NCBI GenBank assembly: GCA_048887225.1
Contig: JBHLJY010000008.1
Coordinates: 46,384-110,383, forward strand
From: Candidatus Hodarchaeota archaeon
Lineage (GTDB): Archaea; Asgardarchaeota; Lokiarchaeia; Sigyniarchaeales; SOKP01
Direction of reading: 5' to 3'
Length of the DNA: 64,000 nucleotides
Below, one piece after another: positions 40,784 to 51,375 of this stretch. Positions within the stretch are counted from its first letter, which is position 1; each line of letters opens with the position of its first letter. Position numbers and translations under genes: made by a program. Below the pieces are notes generated by a model that had not been told where the DNA came from, ran no database searches, and was given only the letters and a program-made list of their open reading frames with translations.

Positions 40784-40930
40784 TTTTATAACACCTCTCT
40801 TAATGACTCTACTAATATCTAAACAAAATTTGCTAACTAAAATGCTCTTATTATATGATATAAAGCCTTTGAAGCAATTAATTTATAAAAAAAAGTGAAA
40901 AGTAGCAACCTCTTGTGAATTATTAGAAAT

Positions 40931-41749
40931 CTATTTGGAATTATTACTTTTTTCACAAAATTTAAAATCTGACACCTGCGACAATTCCAATAAACCCTCA
41001 TGCAGAAATCTTACTCGTTTTTCCCATTCGAGAGGAGATTGAAATTGTTTTACCCATTCTTTATACCCTAACTCTGTAATTTCCACCTTAAACTTATCTG
41101 GGGTCTCCCATTCTAGCCCCTCCACTTCTATATATTGCTTTTTAGTAGCCCAATTCCAAAAAAATAAAGGCCATGTGCAATAAAAACCGGTTGCGGTTTC
41201 ATTTTTTACTCTCATAATTTTTTCGCCTAATTCTTTAGTAAAAATGCCACACACAGATATAATGTCCTTAGTTTCAAGGAATCCTAATGTTTTAGAGACA
41301 ATTTCATTAATGATAATTTCTGTTTTTTGTTGAGTTGAAGGATGAGTATCGAATGCTCTTGAAGTACGACCTATGTGTAAATAATCCACATCTATTTTTT
41401 TGTTAATTAAATTAGTAAGTTCGTTTGGATAAGCATGGATCCAATGGATTAATCTATCAAAATCGATATAAAAGATTTTTTCAGTTTGTTGTTTTTCTAT
41501 ATTATTTAAAGTTGTCTTAAGCGCTTTTCGATATATGTCAATTTGTCTCATACTTGACCCAATAATTACCATAAAACCCTCTCGAGATAGAAATTTGTAG
41601 ACTTTTTCAGAAGTAGTAGGGGTTAAGCAAACGATAGTCTTTATGAAGAGTTTTTTAATGATAGAAGCAACTTTCTTCAATAAATTTTTCAGTTTAAATT
41701 CAGGATCATGATGGGTGGAACATAATAAAAAATTAGTTGATTTAATCAT
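40931..41749 (-). CDS. Hypothetical protein, possible glycosyltransferase-like fold
   Basis: HDP, YIDFDR (DxD), GLEWETPD. Confidence 0.6.
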   Translation of the reverse strand: MIKSTNFLLCSTHHDPEFKLKNLLKKVASIIKKLFIKTIVCLTPTTSEKVYKFLSREGFMVIIGSSMRQIDIYRKALKTTLNNIEKQQTEKIFYIDFDRLIHWIHAYPNELTNLINKKIDVDYLHIGRTSRAFDTHPSTQQKTEIIINEIVSKTLGFLETKDIISVCGIFTKELGEKIMRVKNETATGFYCTWPLFFWNWATKKQYIEVEGLEWETPDKFKVEITELGYKEWVKQFQSPLEWEKRVRFLHEGLLELSQVSDFKFCEKSNNSK

Positions 41750-41787
41750 AATTTAATTTAAAAAATTTTTAGTTTAATGCTCTCAAT

Positions 41788-42045
41788 TTATTTCTCCCAG
41801 GATCGCATGATAACATGCGTGTTTGTGTTAATAATTCCATCGATTAAATCAATTTTCTTAGCAAAAGCTTCGTATAACTCGTCTGATGAATGTACCTCAA
41901 TTTCAGCAAGAATATCATAATCTCCCGTCAATGAAAAAATTTTTTTAATTTCGGGTATCTTTTTAAATTCTTCAATGACTTTTGTCATAGCCATATGATG
42001 AACCTGACAGAATATAACTGCCCTTATTGTCATATACGAAAACAC
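41788..42045 (-). CDS. Stand-alone Lrp/AsnC ligand-binding domain protein
   Basis: LTGDYDI; IDGIINTNT; no HTH. Confidence 0.85.
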   Translation of the reverse strand: MFSYMTIRAVIFCQVHHMAMTKVIEEFKKIPEIKKIFSLTGDYDILAEIEVHSSDELYEAFAKKIDLIDGIINTNTHVIMRSWEK

Positions 42046-42050
42046 TTACA

Positions 42051-43358
42051 TTAAGATATTTTATAGATTTTATTAATAAAAAGTATCCTTATATTTTTAA
42101 TTTCCTCTAAATTCCTTAGTTTTTCGTTTATTAAACTATAAAATTCTCTAATTGAATTTGTTCTTATATTTACTAATATATCATGCGTTCCTACTAATGA
42201 TTGGATTAAATAGATTCCATTAAATTTTAATATTTTTAGAGCTAAACCTTTCAATGTTCCCTTTTTTTTATTTATGAGTAAATAAGCGTTAACCTTATTT
42301 GATGACTCATGAACATATCGTAATAATATTGACATTATTAATAAAAATAAGACGATTGTTAAAAACATTAAAGGAAAAGAATCAGCACCAAAAAATACTC
42401 CAAAAAAAATCCCACCTATTGGCTCAATTATGGTTAAAATACAATTCCATTGACGATATGTTAGGTTATATGGACTCCATTTAGCGTAAGCAATAAATAT
42501 TAAGAGATAAGGGACAATAGTCGCAAGAAGAATTAAAAAGATAATCTCCCAAAGAAGTAAAATTTGATTAATAGACGAAATATTGTTAAAAAATTGCTCT
42601 ATTTCAAAAGTTAAATCGGTTTGAACAGGGATTAAGTATAAAATAAAAATAAATGGAAACATTAAAGCAATTCCAGTTAGAAATGTTAGAGAAATTTTAA
42701 TGAGCAGTCTTGGTATCTTATAATTATCATTTTTATTTATTATTTTTATCTCTTCTTTAGAATATACATCTCTATCTACTGTAATCTGAAAAAATGCTAG
42801 AAATAATGTAAAAAGAATAATGTAAAGAAAGCCTATTTGTGTGAATCTAGCAGCGGATTCTTGTGATTTAATAAAAATTATAATCCCTATTGAAAAAATT
42901 AATATTATGATGTAAAGACTTTTAAAAAAATCTAACTTTTCGGATTGAGCGCCATGTTCGTAAAACGCTATTATTATTATAGATAATTGAAATCCAATCA
43001 TGGTCAATGATATAGTTGTAATTTTTAAAGCTAAGAAAAAGAAAATTAACTGCATAATTATTCCAAAAAATCCCATAATAGCAAAATAAAAAACATATCT
43101 AAGATTAAGAAAGCTTTCGTTTTTAGAGATGGTAAATCTAAATAATTCTTTTAATGAAATAGTTTCTTTTGTAGTATATTTATTATTTATTAATACATAT
43201 AGAACTGCTAATGCAAGCAAAATAACACCAGAAACAAAAAACCGAAGGAAAATAATTGTTATAATTGAAATTTCATTAAATAATCCATATACGATAACGG
43301 GTATAAGACTCCATAGAGTATTAGCCGCTATGATATAAAAAATATGTTTATTTTCCAT
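42051..43358 (-). CDS. EamA/DMT-like transporter fused to a C-terminal Lrp/AsnC ligand-binding domain
   Basis: About 10 TM with LWS, FLRF, IEP; C-terminal LVGTHDILV. Confidence 0.75.
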   Translation of the reverse strand: MENKHIFYIIAANTLWSLIPVIVYGLFNEISIITIIFLRFFVSGVILLALAVLYVLINNKYTTKETISLKELFRFTISKNESFLNLRYVFYFAIMGFFGIIMQLIFFFLALKITTISLTMIGFQLSIIIIAFYEHGAQSEKLDFFKSLYIIILIFSIGIIIFIKSQESAARFTQIGFLYIILFTLFLAFFQITVDRDVYSKEEIKIINKNDNYKIPRLLIKISLTFLTGIALMFPFIFILYLIPVQTDLTFEIEQFFNNISSINQILLLWEIIFLILLATIVPYLLIFIAYAKWSPYNLTYRQWNCILTIIEPIGGIFFGVFFGADSFPLMFLTIVLFLLIMSILLRYVHESSNKVNAYLLINKKKGTLKGLALKILKFNGIYLIQSLVGTHDILVNIRTNSIREFYSLINEKLRNLEEIKNIRILFINKIYKIS

Positions 43359-43432
43359 AATTTCAATTGTATTTATTTATAAAATTTTAAGCTTAATCTA
43401 TTTATATGTAAGACTATTATTAGAAATTATCT

Positions 43433-44353
43433 ATGCCAAGAATTTTAATTACAGGGGCCACAGGTTTTATTGGAGGTTATCTTGTGAAATATTTTATTAA
43501 TAAAAGTTGTCAAATCGTAGCACATGGAAGTTCAAATGAATCTATTAATAAACTTAAAAGGCATCTAACGAATAATAATATATATTTTAAAAACATTGAT
43601 TTTTGGGAACAGAATTTTTTAGATAATGACTGGGATTTTCCTAATTTCTTGAAAATTAATAATGTAATTCATTGTGCCGCAGCTACTAACGTAAGAGAAG
43701 GCACAATTGAAAATTACGATAAATATTTTAGCTTAAACGTGTTAGCAACGAAAAAGTTAGCAAAAAAAGCCTTAGATGCAGATATTGATCACTTTATTCA
43801 TTTATCATCTGGTCAAGTTTTTGGGATACCTCATTCCTTTCCCATTACAGAAAACACGCCTAAAACTCCAATTAATTTATATGGATTTACTAAATTAATG
43901 GGTGAAAATATAATACTCTCTTTTGGGAGTTTAGGCTTAAAATATACAATAGTAAGACCTTTCTCTGTGTACGGAAAAGGACAACACAATATACTTACAA
44001 TAATTAAAAATAAAATAATGAACGATGAACCTCTAACTATTTTTGGAGATGGAACACAATCTCGAGCATTTACACATGTTAACGATATATGTGACGCAAT
44101 TGGCATTATTCTTAATAATCAGAGATGTTTCGGTGAAGAGTATAACTTATCTGGTATAAAAGAATATTCAATCAATGAATTAGTTCAGATTTTCTCCAAA
44201 AAATTAAAAAAGAAACCAAAAATAGTGTATAAAGACGCTAACGTAAATGAATTAAAACGAAATATAGCAGATACTAGTAAAATTCAGAGGTTGGATTTTA
44301 AGTATAAAAAATCTCTTGACAAATTTATTGAAAATGAATTAATTCAAACTTAA
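43433..44353 (+). CDS. NAD-dependent epimerase/dehydratase
   Basis: TGATGFIG, YGFTK, GDGTQSRAFTHV. Confidence 0.9.
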   Translation: MPRILITGATGFIGGYLVKYFINKSCQIVAHGSSNESINKLKRHLTNNNIYFKNIDFWEQNFLDNDWDFPNFLKINNVIHCAAATNVREGTIENYDKYFSLNVLATKKLAKKALDADIDHFIHLSSGQVFGIPHSFPITENTPKTPINLYGFTKLMGENIILSFGSLGLKYTIVRPFSVYGKGQHNILTIIKNKIMNDEPLTIFGDGTQSRAFTHVNDICDAIGIILNNQRCFGEEYNLSGIKEYSINELVQIFSKKLKKKPKIVYKDANVNELKRNIADTSKIQRLDFKYKKSLDKFIENELIQT

Positions 44354-44356
44354 TTC

Positions 44357-45970
44357 TCAAGAAGTGCATTGTTCGAAGTAAAGTAATCGATCTAAAAAAG
44401 CGAGTGCTAAATAAAATATTATATTTATTTGAACTTCTGCGGCTAAATGTTCAAGTTCCCAAGAGTCTTTTTGTTGATTATGTTTCCCAAGATTTAATAA
44501 TTCTACCACGCCGTAATTAGCAATGAAATTCTCATAGTTGTATAAGAAAACTTTTTCTTTGCCAAAATGACGACAAATATCTAAATCATCAATATATTCT
44601 TTATCATCCATGTAATCAGTATCGTTAAAAATTTTTTTTAATGTTCCAATGAAAACATAATGTTCGCCGGCCGGAAAATCACCGCATTCCTTCTCAGACA
44701 TTCCAACTCGATGATAAAAATTGTATGCAGATAAGATATTCAATTTCTCATCTTCCACCTGGCCAAAGATATTTTTTTTCACGTTCTCTGAAATATCTTC
44801 CACAGAATCACCCATACTTACTATCGCCGCGCCTACTCTATAAATCATTGTAATAGAAAAGTCCCAAACAACATTGAGACTATATATATTTCGAATAAAT
44901 AATTCAATATCTCCATCCCCATCTAATTCGTCTAAATAAGGGGTTATTCTTATAATTCCTGCCTCTTTTCCATCTTCTTGAATTTCTTCAACTAAATTTT
45001 CTATATTTTCATTAGCTTTTTTTATTTCTTTCTTTGTTGGATAATTCTCTATAAAATAATTAATACTAGTTATTATGGGTTTTTCTCTGACTTTTTCAAT
45101 ATATTTTACAGGAGGTTCAGCATCTACAACAAATGCTTTAACAAATGAACTTTCAAATATCCCCTCATCAATAAACCATTGTTTGAACTTTTTATAAAGA
45201 GGTAAAAATTCATCTGTATTATCCATATTAATGAATGGATCCTCAGAAGCTAAAAGAGAGAAGTAAAGGTTAACACCATGAGCAATAGCTAATTTATATT
45301 TATCCATAAGACCGCTCTTATTAAAAGTTCGAGCGTTTATAGCAGGCATAAAACCAATATTATAACTTCTACAAATTTCATAGATGGACTCATCATCCGG
45401 CAAATCAAAAGGATCTGTCCAAAATATTAATTCCGGATTAGTCTTTGGTTTTATTGTAATTTCATTTTCTGGAACTGCCAAGTTAAATATACTTACTATT
45501 GCTAAGGAACTTAGAATTAGAATTAAAAAAATTCTTATCTTATTTAACCTTGATTTTTTTTTTTTCTTTTTTTTTTTCTTAATGAATTTTAAGCAAAAAT
45601 AATTTCCTATGATTCCAATCAAAAAAAGGATTATCATTAGAGTTTTTAGAACAATTAAAGATTTTAAACGAATCAGGAAGATAATTCCAGCTCCAGAAAT
45701 AAATGAAATACTACTAAAATACAATATTCTGAAATTTCTATGTTTTATTCCTAAATTAAATATAATAATATTTATGGAAATCGTTGCCATTTGCCAAAAT
45801 AGAATATATTTAAAATCTAAGAACAGCAACCTTGAAAATACAGAAAGTAGAATCAGTTCAAAGAATGAGAAAAACAAAATTGAAATTATTAAAAAAAAAT
45901 AAATTGAAATAAATTGTTTCTTAAGATACTTCCTAAGATGTAGTTCCTGTTTCATTCTTAGAGATTTCAT
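44357..45970 (-). CDS. Membrane protein with large soluble domain, unknown function
   Basis: 5 N-terminal TM, poly-Lys loop, acidic domain with a VDAEP motif. Confidence 0.65.
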   Translation of the reverse strand: MKSLRMKQELHLRKYLKKQFISIYFFLIISILFFSFFELILLSVFSRLLFLDFKYILFWQMATISINIIIFNLGIKHRNFRILYFSSISFISGAGIIFLIRLKSLIVLKTLMIILFLIGIIGNYFCLKFIKKKKKKKKKSRLNKIRIFLILILSSLAIVSIFNLAVPENEITIKPKTNPELIFWTDPFDLPDDESIYEICRSYNIGFMPAINARTFNKSGLMDKYKLAIAHGVNLYFSLLASEDPFINMDNTDEFLPLYKKFKQWFIDEGIFESSFVKAFVVDAEPPVKYIEKVREKPIITSINYFIENYPTKKEIKKANENIENLVEEIQEDGKEAGIIRITPYLDELDGDGDIELFIRNIYSLNVVWDFSITMIYRVGAAIVSMGDSVEDISENVKKNIFGQVEDEKLNILSAYNFYHRVGMSEKECGDFPAGEHYVFIGTLKKIFNDTDYMDDKEYIDDLDICRHFGKEKVFLYNYENFIANYGVVELLNLGKHNQQKDSWELEHLAAEVQINIIFYLALAFLDRLLYFEQCTS

Positions 45971-46120
45971 CAGATATAGTTTAGCTATTACAAATAATTG
46001 ATTGATTATTAAATATTTCTTAATTTTTAATAAAAATTACACTTTTTAGCAATAAAACTAAAAAATATAAATTCTAAAGGGTTTTTAAAATCAATTATTA
46101 ACTATGAAACTTGAGTTAAA

Positions 46121-46639
46121 TTGAACGAAGAATTAGAAAAACTTTCGAAAGACAAGTTAATTGAATATATTGGAGATATATCCAAAAATTGGTTAGCCAT
46201 TGATGGTACTTGGTTTTTAGCAGTAGAAGAAAAATTCGGTATAGAGAACGCTATTGAACTCGATGCAAAGTCGTGGGAACGATTTACCATCATTGAAGCT
46301 AAGAGAATTATGGAAAGACTTAAAATTCCTCACGGAGGGGGAATACCTGCACTTATTAAAGCTCTGAAATTCCGAGTTTACGCTAATATCAACAAACAAG
46401 AAATTATTGAGGTTTCCGATAACAGATGTGTATTCCGTATGAATGATTGTAGAGTTCAATCTGCTAGGAAAAGAAAAGGTCTGCCTGACTTTCCATGTAA
46501 ATCAGTTGGTTTAGTTGAATATTATGGATTTGCCCAGACTATTGATCCAAGAATTCAAACCAAATGCATTTGTTGTCCTCCAGATCCTCACCCAGAAGAT
46601 TATTATTGTTCGTGGGAATTTACAATTAACGATTTTTAG
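46121..46639 (+). CDS. DUF6125-like protein
   Basis: WLAIDGTWF, CRVQ.AR, FPCK, CCPPDPHP..YCSW. Confidence 0.8.
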   Translation: MNEELEKLSKDKLIEYIGDISKNWLAIDGTWFLAVEEKFGIENAIELDAKSWERFTIIEAKRIMERLKIPHGGGIPALIKALKFRVYANINKQEIIEVSDNRCVFRMNDCRVQSARKRKGLPDFPCKSVGLVEYYGFAQTIDPRIQTKCICCPPDPHPEDYYCSWEFTINDF

Positions 46640-46749
46640 TTTTAAACAGTGTAAAAATGCGAATAGTTAAAAATAAAATATCATAAATATTAAAATATAA
46701 AACATTTGAAACAAAATTTTAACAAAAAATGATTTGAGTGGAGAGATTC

Positions 46750-47160
46750 ATGTCTGAAAATGAAATTAGAAATCAAATAGCTTCGAAAGAAGATGAAATC
46801 ACTAAAATTGAGGAGGACGCTAATAAAAAAGAAGCTGCCGCTGATAATGAAGTTGCTGCTGATTTTGACACAAAAATAGCAGAAGTTGAAAGCACATTAT
46901 CTGCCGAAAAAACTAGTTTAGAGGAAGCTTCCTCAAAAGCAGCAGAATGGATAGCAAAAAAGAAGGAATTATCTATTAATGTTAAAAGCTTGAGAGCTGA
47001 GTATAAACAATTAAATAAAGAAAAATCAATAGCTCTAAAAGCAAAATTAAAGGAAATTAACCTTGAAAAGAAAAATAAGATCACCCCACTTAACAAAGAA
47101 ATTAAAGCTTTACTAAAAGAATTAAAAGTCTTGGAAAAAGTAACAAAACGAGGAGGATAA
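46750..47160 (+). CDS. Small coiled-coil protein
   Basis: All-helical E/K/A-rich sequence; ATG at 46750 follows GGAGA. Confidence 0.7.
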   Translation: MSENEIRNQIASKEDEITKIEEDANKKEAAADNEVAADFDTKIAEVESTLSAEKTSLEEASSKAAEWIAKKKELSINVKSLRAEYKQLNKEKSIALKAKLKEINLEKKNKITPLNKEIKALLKELKVLEKVTKRGG

Positions 47161-47394
47161 GACTAGTTAATAGGGAATTACTTTCTTTTCTTATTTTTTA
47201 TTTATCCGTTTTCCTTACGTTTTTTTATCAAAAACTTAATACTCATCTAATTTAATTTAGGCTGCCTACTTACTCAATGTTTCAAAATAAATTTAATTAA
47301 CTATATTAAATGTTTATTATTAACTTAGTAAATTTTTATACAATTCGACACTATCACCTTTTATTTTGTATTTTTATTAAAAGCAAGAGTAAAA

Positions 47395-48444
47395 ATGAGA
47401 GAGCCTTTTACATCAGAAAGAATATACTCTGAAGTCAAGCATGGTAAATTAAATAAATCCGAAGCCATCGAACTGCTAATTTCCTTAATTGAAGGCAGTA
47501 ATGAAGCAAAAGTTCGGGAGAAATGTTTGGATGTATGCAAAAAATTAAGTTTAAAAACTGAAAGAATTTTCAAAATTCTTGAAAATAGCCTAATCTCAGA
47601 CGAAAATCCATTAGTCAGGAGTGCAGCAGCAAGAGCAATTTTTAGTAATTTTCTTAAAGATGACTTAAGCTCGTTGAAATGGGCGATTCAACACGAAAAA
47701 TCACCCATAGTGCTAAAAACTATTTTTGATTTTTTTAAAAATATCAATAACCAGAAATTTAAATTTTTGAATAAAGAATTACAAAAGTGGGTTGAGACAT
47801 TCGCATTAACTATTGGACTCGTTTCAGATGAAGCAAAATTTATTTTGGATTTAGAAGCTTTATTTGCTAAAGATGGAGAGAATTATGAAATTAATGCTGA
47901 AACCTATAATTATTATCAATCTTTAACTGATGATGGTGAACCATGGCTTGAAATAAAAAATAAGCACATCACAGGATTATCTCTCAATTTTTATAATTGG
48001 AGTTTTGTAAAAGAAAATCCAGAATATGTTGATTATCTCTTAAGTTTAGTTCATCTAAATTTATTTTTATCTGCTCTTAAGAAGTTAAATATAAATATAA
48101 ATAGAATTCGGGAAGTACCTGAATCCATAGGATTGTTAATGTCGCTAGAAAGGTTAAATTTAAGTCGGAATAAGATCCGAAATCTTCCTAAATCAATAGG
48201 CTCGTTATGTTCACTTAAAACGTTAGATTTAAGTCGCAACAATATTCAAGAAATTCCTCAGTCAGTATTTAAACTGACCTCGCTCAAATGGTTGGATTTA
48301 AGTCATAATGATATTCAAGAAATTCCCGAATCGATAGTTAACCTTGCATCATTAACCATATTAAGGTTAAACCGTAATAATATCAAGGATATTCCAGATT
48401 CAATTAAACCATTCTTGAATTCACTTGAATATTTTAGCTATTAA
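47395..48444 (+). CDS. HEAT-repeat + leucine-rich repeat protein
   Basis: DENPLVRSAAA; 4-5 repeats of IP.SI..L.SL..L.LS.N.I. Confidence 0.88.
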   Translation: MREPFTSERIYSEVKHGKLNKSEAIELLISLIEGSNEAKVREKCLDVCKKLSLKTERIFKILENSLISDENPLVRSAAARAIFSNFLKDDLSSLKWAIQHEKSPIVLKTIFDFFKNINNQKFKFLNKELQKWVETFALTIGLVSDEAKFILDLEALFAKDGENYEINAETYNYYQSLTDDGEPWLEIKNKHITGLSLNFYNWSFVKENPEYVDYLLSLVHLNLFLSALKKLNININRIREVPESIGLLMSLERLNLSRNKIRNLPKSIGSLCSLKTLDLSRNNIQEIPQSVFKLTSLKWLDLSHNDIQEIPESIVNLASLTILRLNRNNIKDIPDSIKPFLNSLEYFSY

Positions 48445-48562
48445 TAAAGGACAAAAAGAAATATTCTTGTTTTTTCTGATAATTAAACGATTAGATAATT
48501 ATTTATATAACAAAAAATAAAATTTCATCAATTATTTTAATTCAAAAATAAAGTGAAAAATA

Positions 48563-50278
48563 ATGGCAGAAAAAGAGGAAAGAAAAATTAATGGTGGAGA
48601 TGTTTTAATAAAGTGCCTCCTTCAAGAAAACGTAAAGCATATGTTCGGAATCCCTGGCGGGCAGTTTTTAAATATGTACGATGCTATATATAGATGGGGT
48701 CGGGAACAAGGCATAAATACAATCTTATTCCGACATGAACAAGCAGCAGCCCATGCGGCAGATGCCTATGCAAGAGTGAGCAACAAACCAGGCATATGCT
48801 TTGGTACAGTCGGTCCGGGCGCAACTCATCTTGTGCCTGGCGTAGCAACTGCGTGGAGCGACAATATTCCTATAATTGCCATAGTACCTCAAGTCAATAG
48901 TAAGTATGAAGATTCTTTTACTTTACAAGGAAATTTAGACCAATTAGCATTATTCAAACCGATAACAAAATATCAAAAAAGTGTTCGCAAAATCGAAAAT
49001 ATTCCCGATGCCGTTCATAAAGTATTTCGCGAGGCTACTGGTGGACGACCAAGGCCGGTATTATTAGAGATTTTTGAAGATGCCTTTCTTGCGGATATTG
49101 AAGAGGATAAAATACCAATCTTTTCTTCAGATGCTTATAGGGCCATTGGAAAACCTACTGTTGATAATGAAACTGTTAAAAAAGCGTTAGATCTTATAAT
49201 AAAAGCTGATACTCCTTTAATTGTGTCTGGTGGTGGTGTTGCAAGAGCAGAAGCGTGGAATGAGCTGCAAGAATTTGCAGAATATTTACAAATTCCGGTA
49301 ATGACTTCCCTCATGGGAATTGGTACAATATCAAATAAATCAAATTGTCTAATTGGTGCTTCAGTGGCAGGCCCAGGCCTGAAAGCGGCAGCAGAAGCTG
49401 ATCTTATTTTAACTCTTGGCAGCAAGTTTTCATATGTACTGGGGCATGGTGAAGAACCCTTTTGGAAGAACAGCCAAATACATATCCAGGTTGATATTGA
49501 TCCAACCATAATAGGGAGGGCCAAACCAATAACATTAGGCATTGTGAGTGATTGCAAATTATTTCTGAAGCAAATTCTTGAGGAGGTTAAGAAGACTCAA
49601 AAGGTGGAAAAACGAGATTGGTTAGAATCTCTTACGGAGTTGAGAAAAACAACGATCAATACCACGAATAAAAAAGCATCAAAAGATAAAATACCAATTC
49701 TCCCAAATAGATTGGTTAAGGATATATTAGAATATATTGATGATGATGCTATATTAATTATTGATGGTGGAGACATTGCAGCGTATACTGTAGAACAAAT
49801 AGATTTTTACAAACCTCGCGCACCACTGTCTACGCTTCAAGCCATATGTATGGGCCATCTTGGCACATCTGTAGGGTATGGTATTGGTGCAAAATTAGCG
49901 AAACCCGATAAGCAGGTAATATCAATTTCTGGAGATGGTAGTTTCATGATTAATATTCAGGATCTTGAAACTGCTGTTCGTTTAGGATTAAAAAATTTAA
50001 CATTTGTAATAGCAAACAACAATGCTTGGGGGATGATTAAAAGTGGTCAAAAATTAGCTATGGGAAAACGCTTTATAGATGTTGATCTACCAGAGTTTGA
50101 TTTTGCAAAATGTGCTGAGGGATTTGGTTGCTACGGTGAGGTCGTTATAGATCCTAATGAGATTAAACCTGCCCTCGATCGAGCTAGGAATTCCAACAAA
50201 CCAGCAGTCTTAGATGTTAAGATTGCCTTTGCAACACCTGACGCCACTAAATTGTTGCTTTCTATGGGTGTCCTATAA
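48563..50278 (+). CDS. Thiamine pyrophosphate enzyme (acetolactate synthase-like)
   Basis: RHEQAA, GPG, GDGS...NN. Confidence 0.9.
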   Translation: MAEKEERKINGGDVLIKCLLQENVKHMFGIPGGQFLNMYDAIYRWGREQGINTILFRHEQAAAHAADAYARVSNKPGICFGTVGPGATHLVPGVATAWSDNIPIIAIVPQVNSKYEDSFTLQGNLDQLALFKPITKYQKSVRKIENIPDAVHKVFREATGGRPRPVLLEIFEDAFLADIEEDKIPIFSSDAYRAIGKPTVDNETVKKALDLIIKADTPLIVSGGGVARAEAWNELQEFAEYLQIPVMTSLMGIGTISNKSNCLIGASVAGPGLKAAAEADLILTLGSKFSYVLGHGEEPFWKNSQIHIQVDIDPTIIGRAKPITLGIVSDCKLFLKQILEEVKKTQKVEKRDWLESLTELRKTTINTTNKKASKDKIPILPNRLVKDILEYIDDDAILIIDGGDIAAYTVEQIDFYKPRAPLSTLQAICMGHLGTSVGYGIGAKLAKPDKQVISISGDGSFMINIQDLETAVRLGLKNLTFVIANNNAWGMIKSGQKLAMGKRFIDVDLPEFDFAKCAEGFGCYGEVVIDPNEIKPALDRARNSNKPAVLDVKIAFATPDATKLLLSMGVL

Positions 50279-50326
50279 TTTTATTATTTTTTTAGCGATT
50301 TTAAAAAAATAAATGGTGTACATATA

Positions 50327-51337
50327 ATGAAAGGTGTAATGTATGATGGCGTTGGAAAAATTGTAATATTAGATGGCTTGCCAAAACCGAGTCTAAAACA
50401 AGACGATGTGTTACTTAAAGTTAAATATTGTGGTATTTGCGGATCGGATGTTGAGTCTTTTAAAAGAGAAGGTATGTATGGTCCAAAAACTATTATAGGG
50501 CATGAATTTTCGGGGGAAATTGTCGAGGTAGGGAATAAAGTAAAAAAATTGAAAGTTGGGGATCATGTTACCGTAAATCCAAACCTTCCATGTTATGACT
50601 GTTATTGGTGTCATCGAAATCAAGAGAATATGTGCAAGGATGCGCCTAAACAATTAGGAACGCTTACAAACGGAGCAATGGTTGAATTTATCAGTGTGAA
50701 GGCAGAAAGAGTACATCTTTTACCCGATTCAATATCACTTGAAGAAGCTGCTGCAATAGAGCCTTTAGCTGTTGGTATTTATTCCGTTGAAGCTTCTGGT
50801 ATTAAAATGGGCGAAAACGCCGCTGTTTATGGCGCGGGGACAATTGGTTTAATGACTATTCAAGCGTTGAAAGTAGCAGGTGCTAATATATTTGTCTTAG
50901 AGCCTGTAGAATCGAAACATAAATTAGCATTAGAGTTCGGAGCTGAATCTGTACTCATTCCTAAAAATTGGAAAAAAATTCAACGATTAACAAATAGAAT
51001 AGGACCAGATCATATATTTGATTGTGTAGGAATAGGTGAAACTATAAGTTCAGCAATAAACTTAATTAAAAAAGGAGGAAACATAACGCTTGTTGGTATA
51101 GATCCTGTAGCTATTCTAAAAAACTTTTATGGGCTGGCAGTTTTTAATATTACATTGCGAGGTATTTTCGCTTATGTCCAAGATACCTTTAGAACAGCTA
51201 TAAATTTATTAGAAAAGAAAAAACTAAATGTAAAACCAATGATCTCTAAAATAATAAAGTTAGATGATGTTCCCGAAATGTTTGAAGTCTTATCAAAACC
51301 GCATGATGAAATAAAGGTACTCGTTGAGATTGATTAA
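50327..51337 (+). CDS. Zinc-dependent alcohol dehydrogenase (MDR family)
   Basis: CGICGSD, GHE, C..C.WC......C, GAGTIG. Confidence 0.9.
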   Translation: MKGVMYDGVGKIVILDGLPKPSLKQDDVLLKVKYCGICGSDVESFKREGMYGPKTIIGHEFSGEIVEVGNKVKKLKVGDHVTVNPNLPCYDCYWCHRNQENMCKDAPKQLGTLTNGAMVEFISVKAERVHLLPDSISLEEAAAIEPLAVGIYSVEASGIKMGENAAVYGAGTIGLMTIQALKVAGANIFVLEPVESKHKLALEFGAESVLIPKNWKKIQRLTNRIGPDHIFDCVGIGETISSAINLIKKGGNITLVGIDPVAILKNFYGLAVFNITLRGIFAYVQDTFRTAINLLEKKKLNVKPMISKIIKLDDVPEMFEVLSKPHDEIKVLVEID

Positions 51338-51375
51338 ATTTTTAATAATTATTTTTTAATTTTAATTTTTTTACA

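Noticed and set aside
44339-44368. C-terminal C-T-S-TGA as a possible CxxU selenoprotein motif
   Set aside because: Read-through adds only ELSLN and runs into the convergent gene; no redox fold or SECIS-like hairpin is seen.
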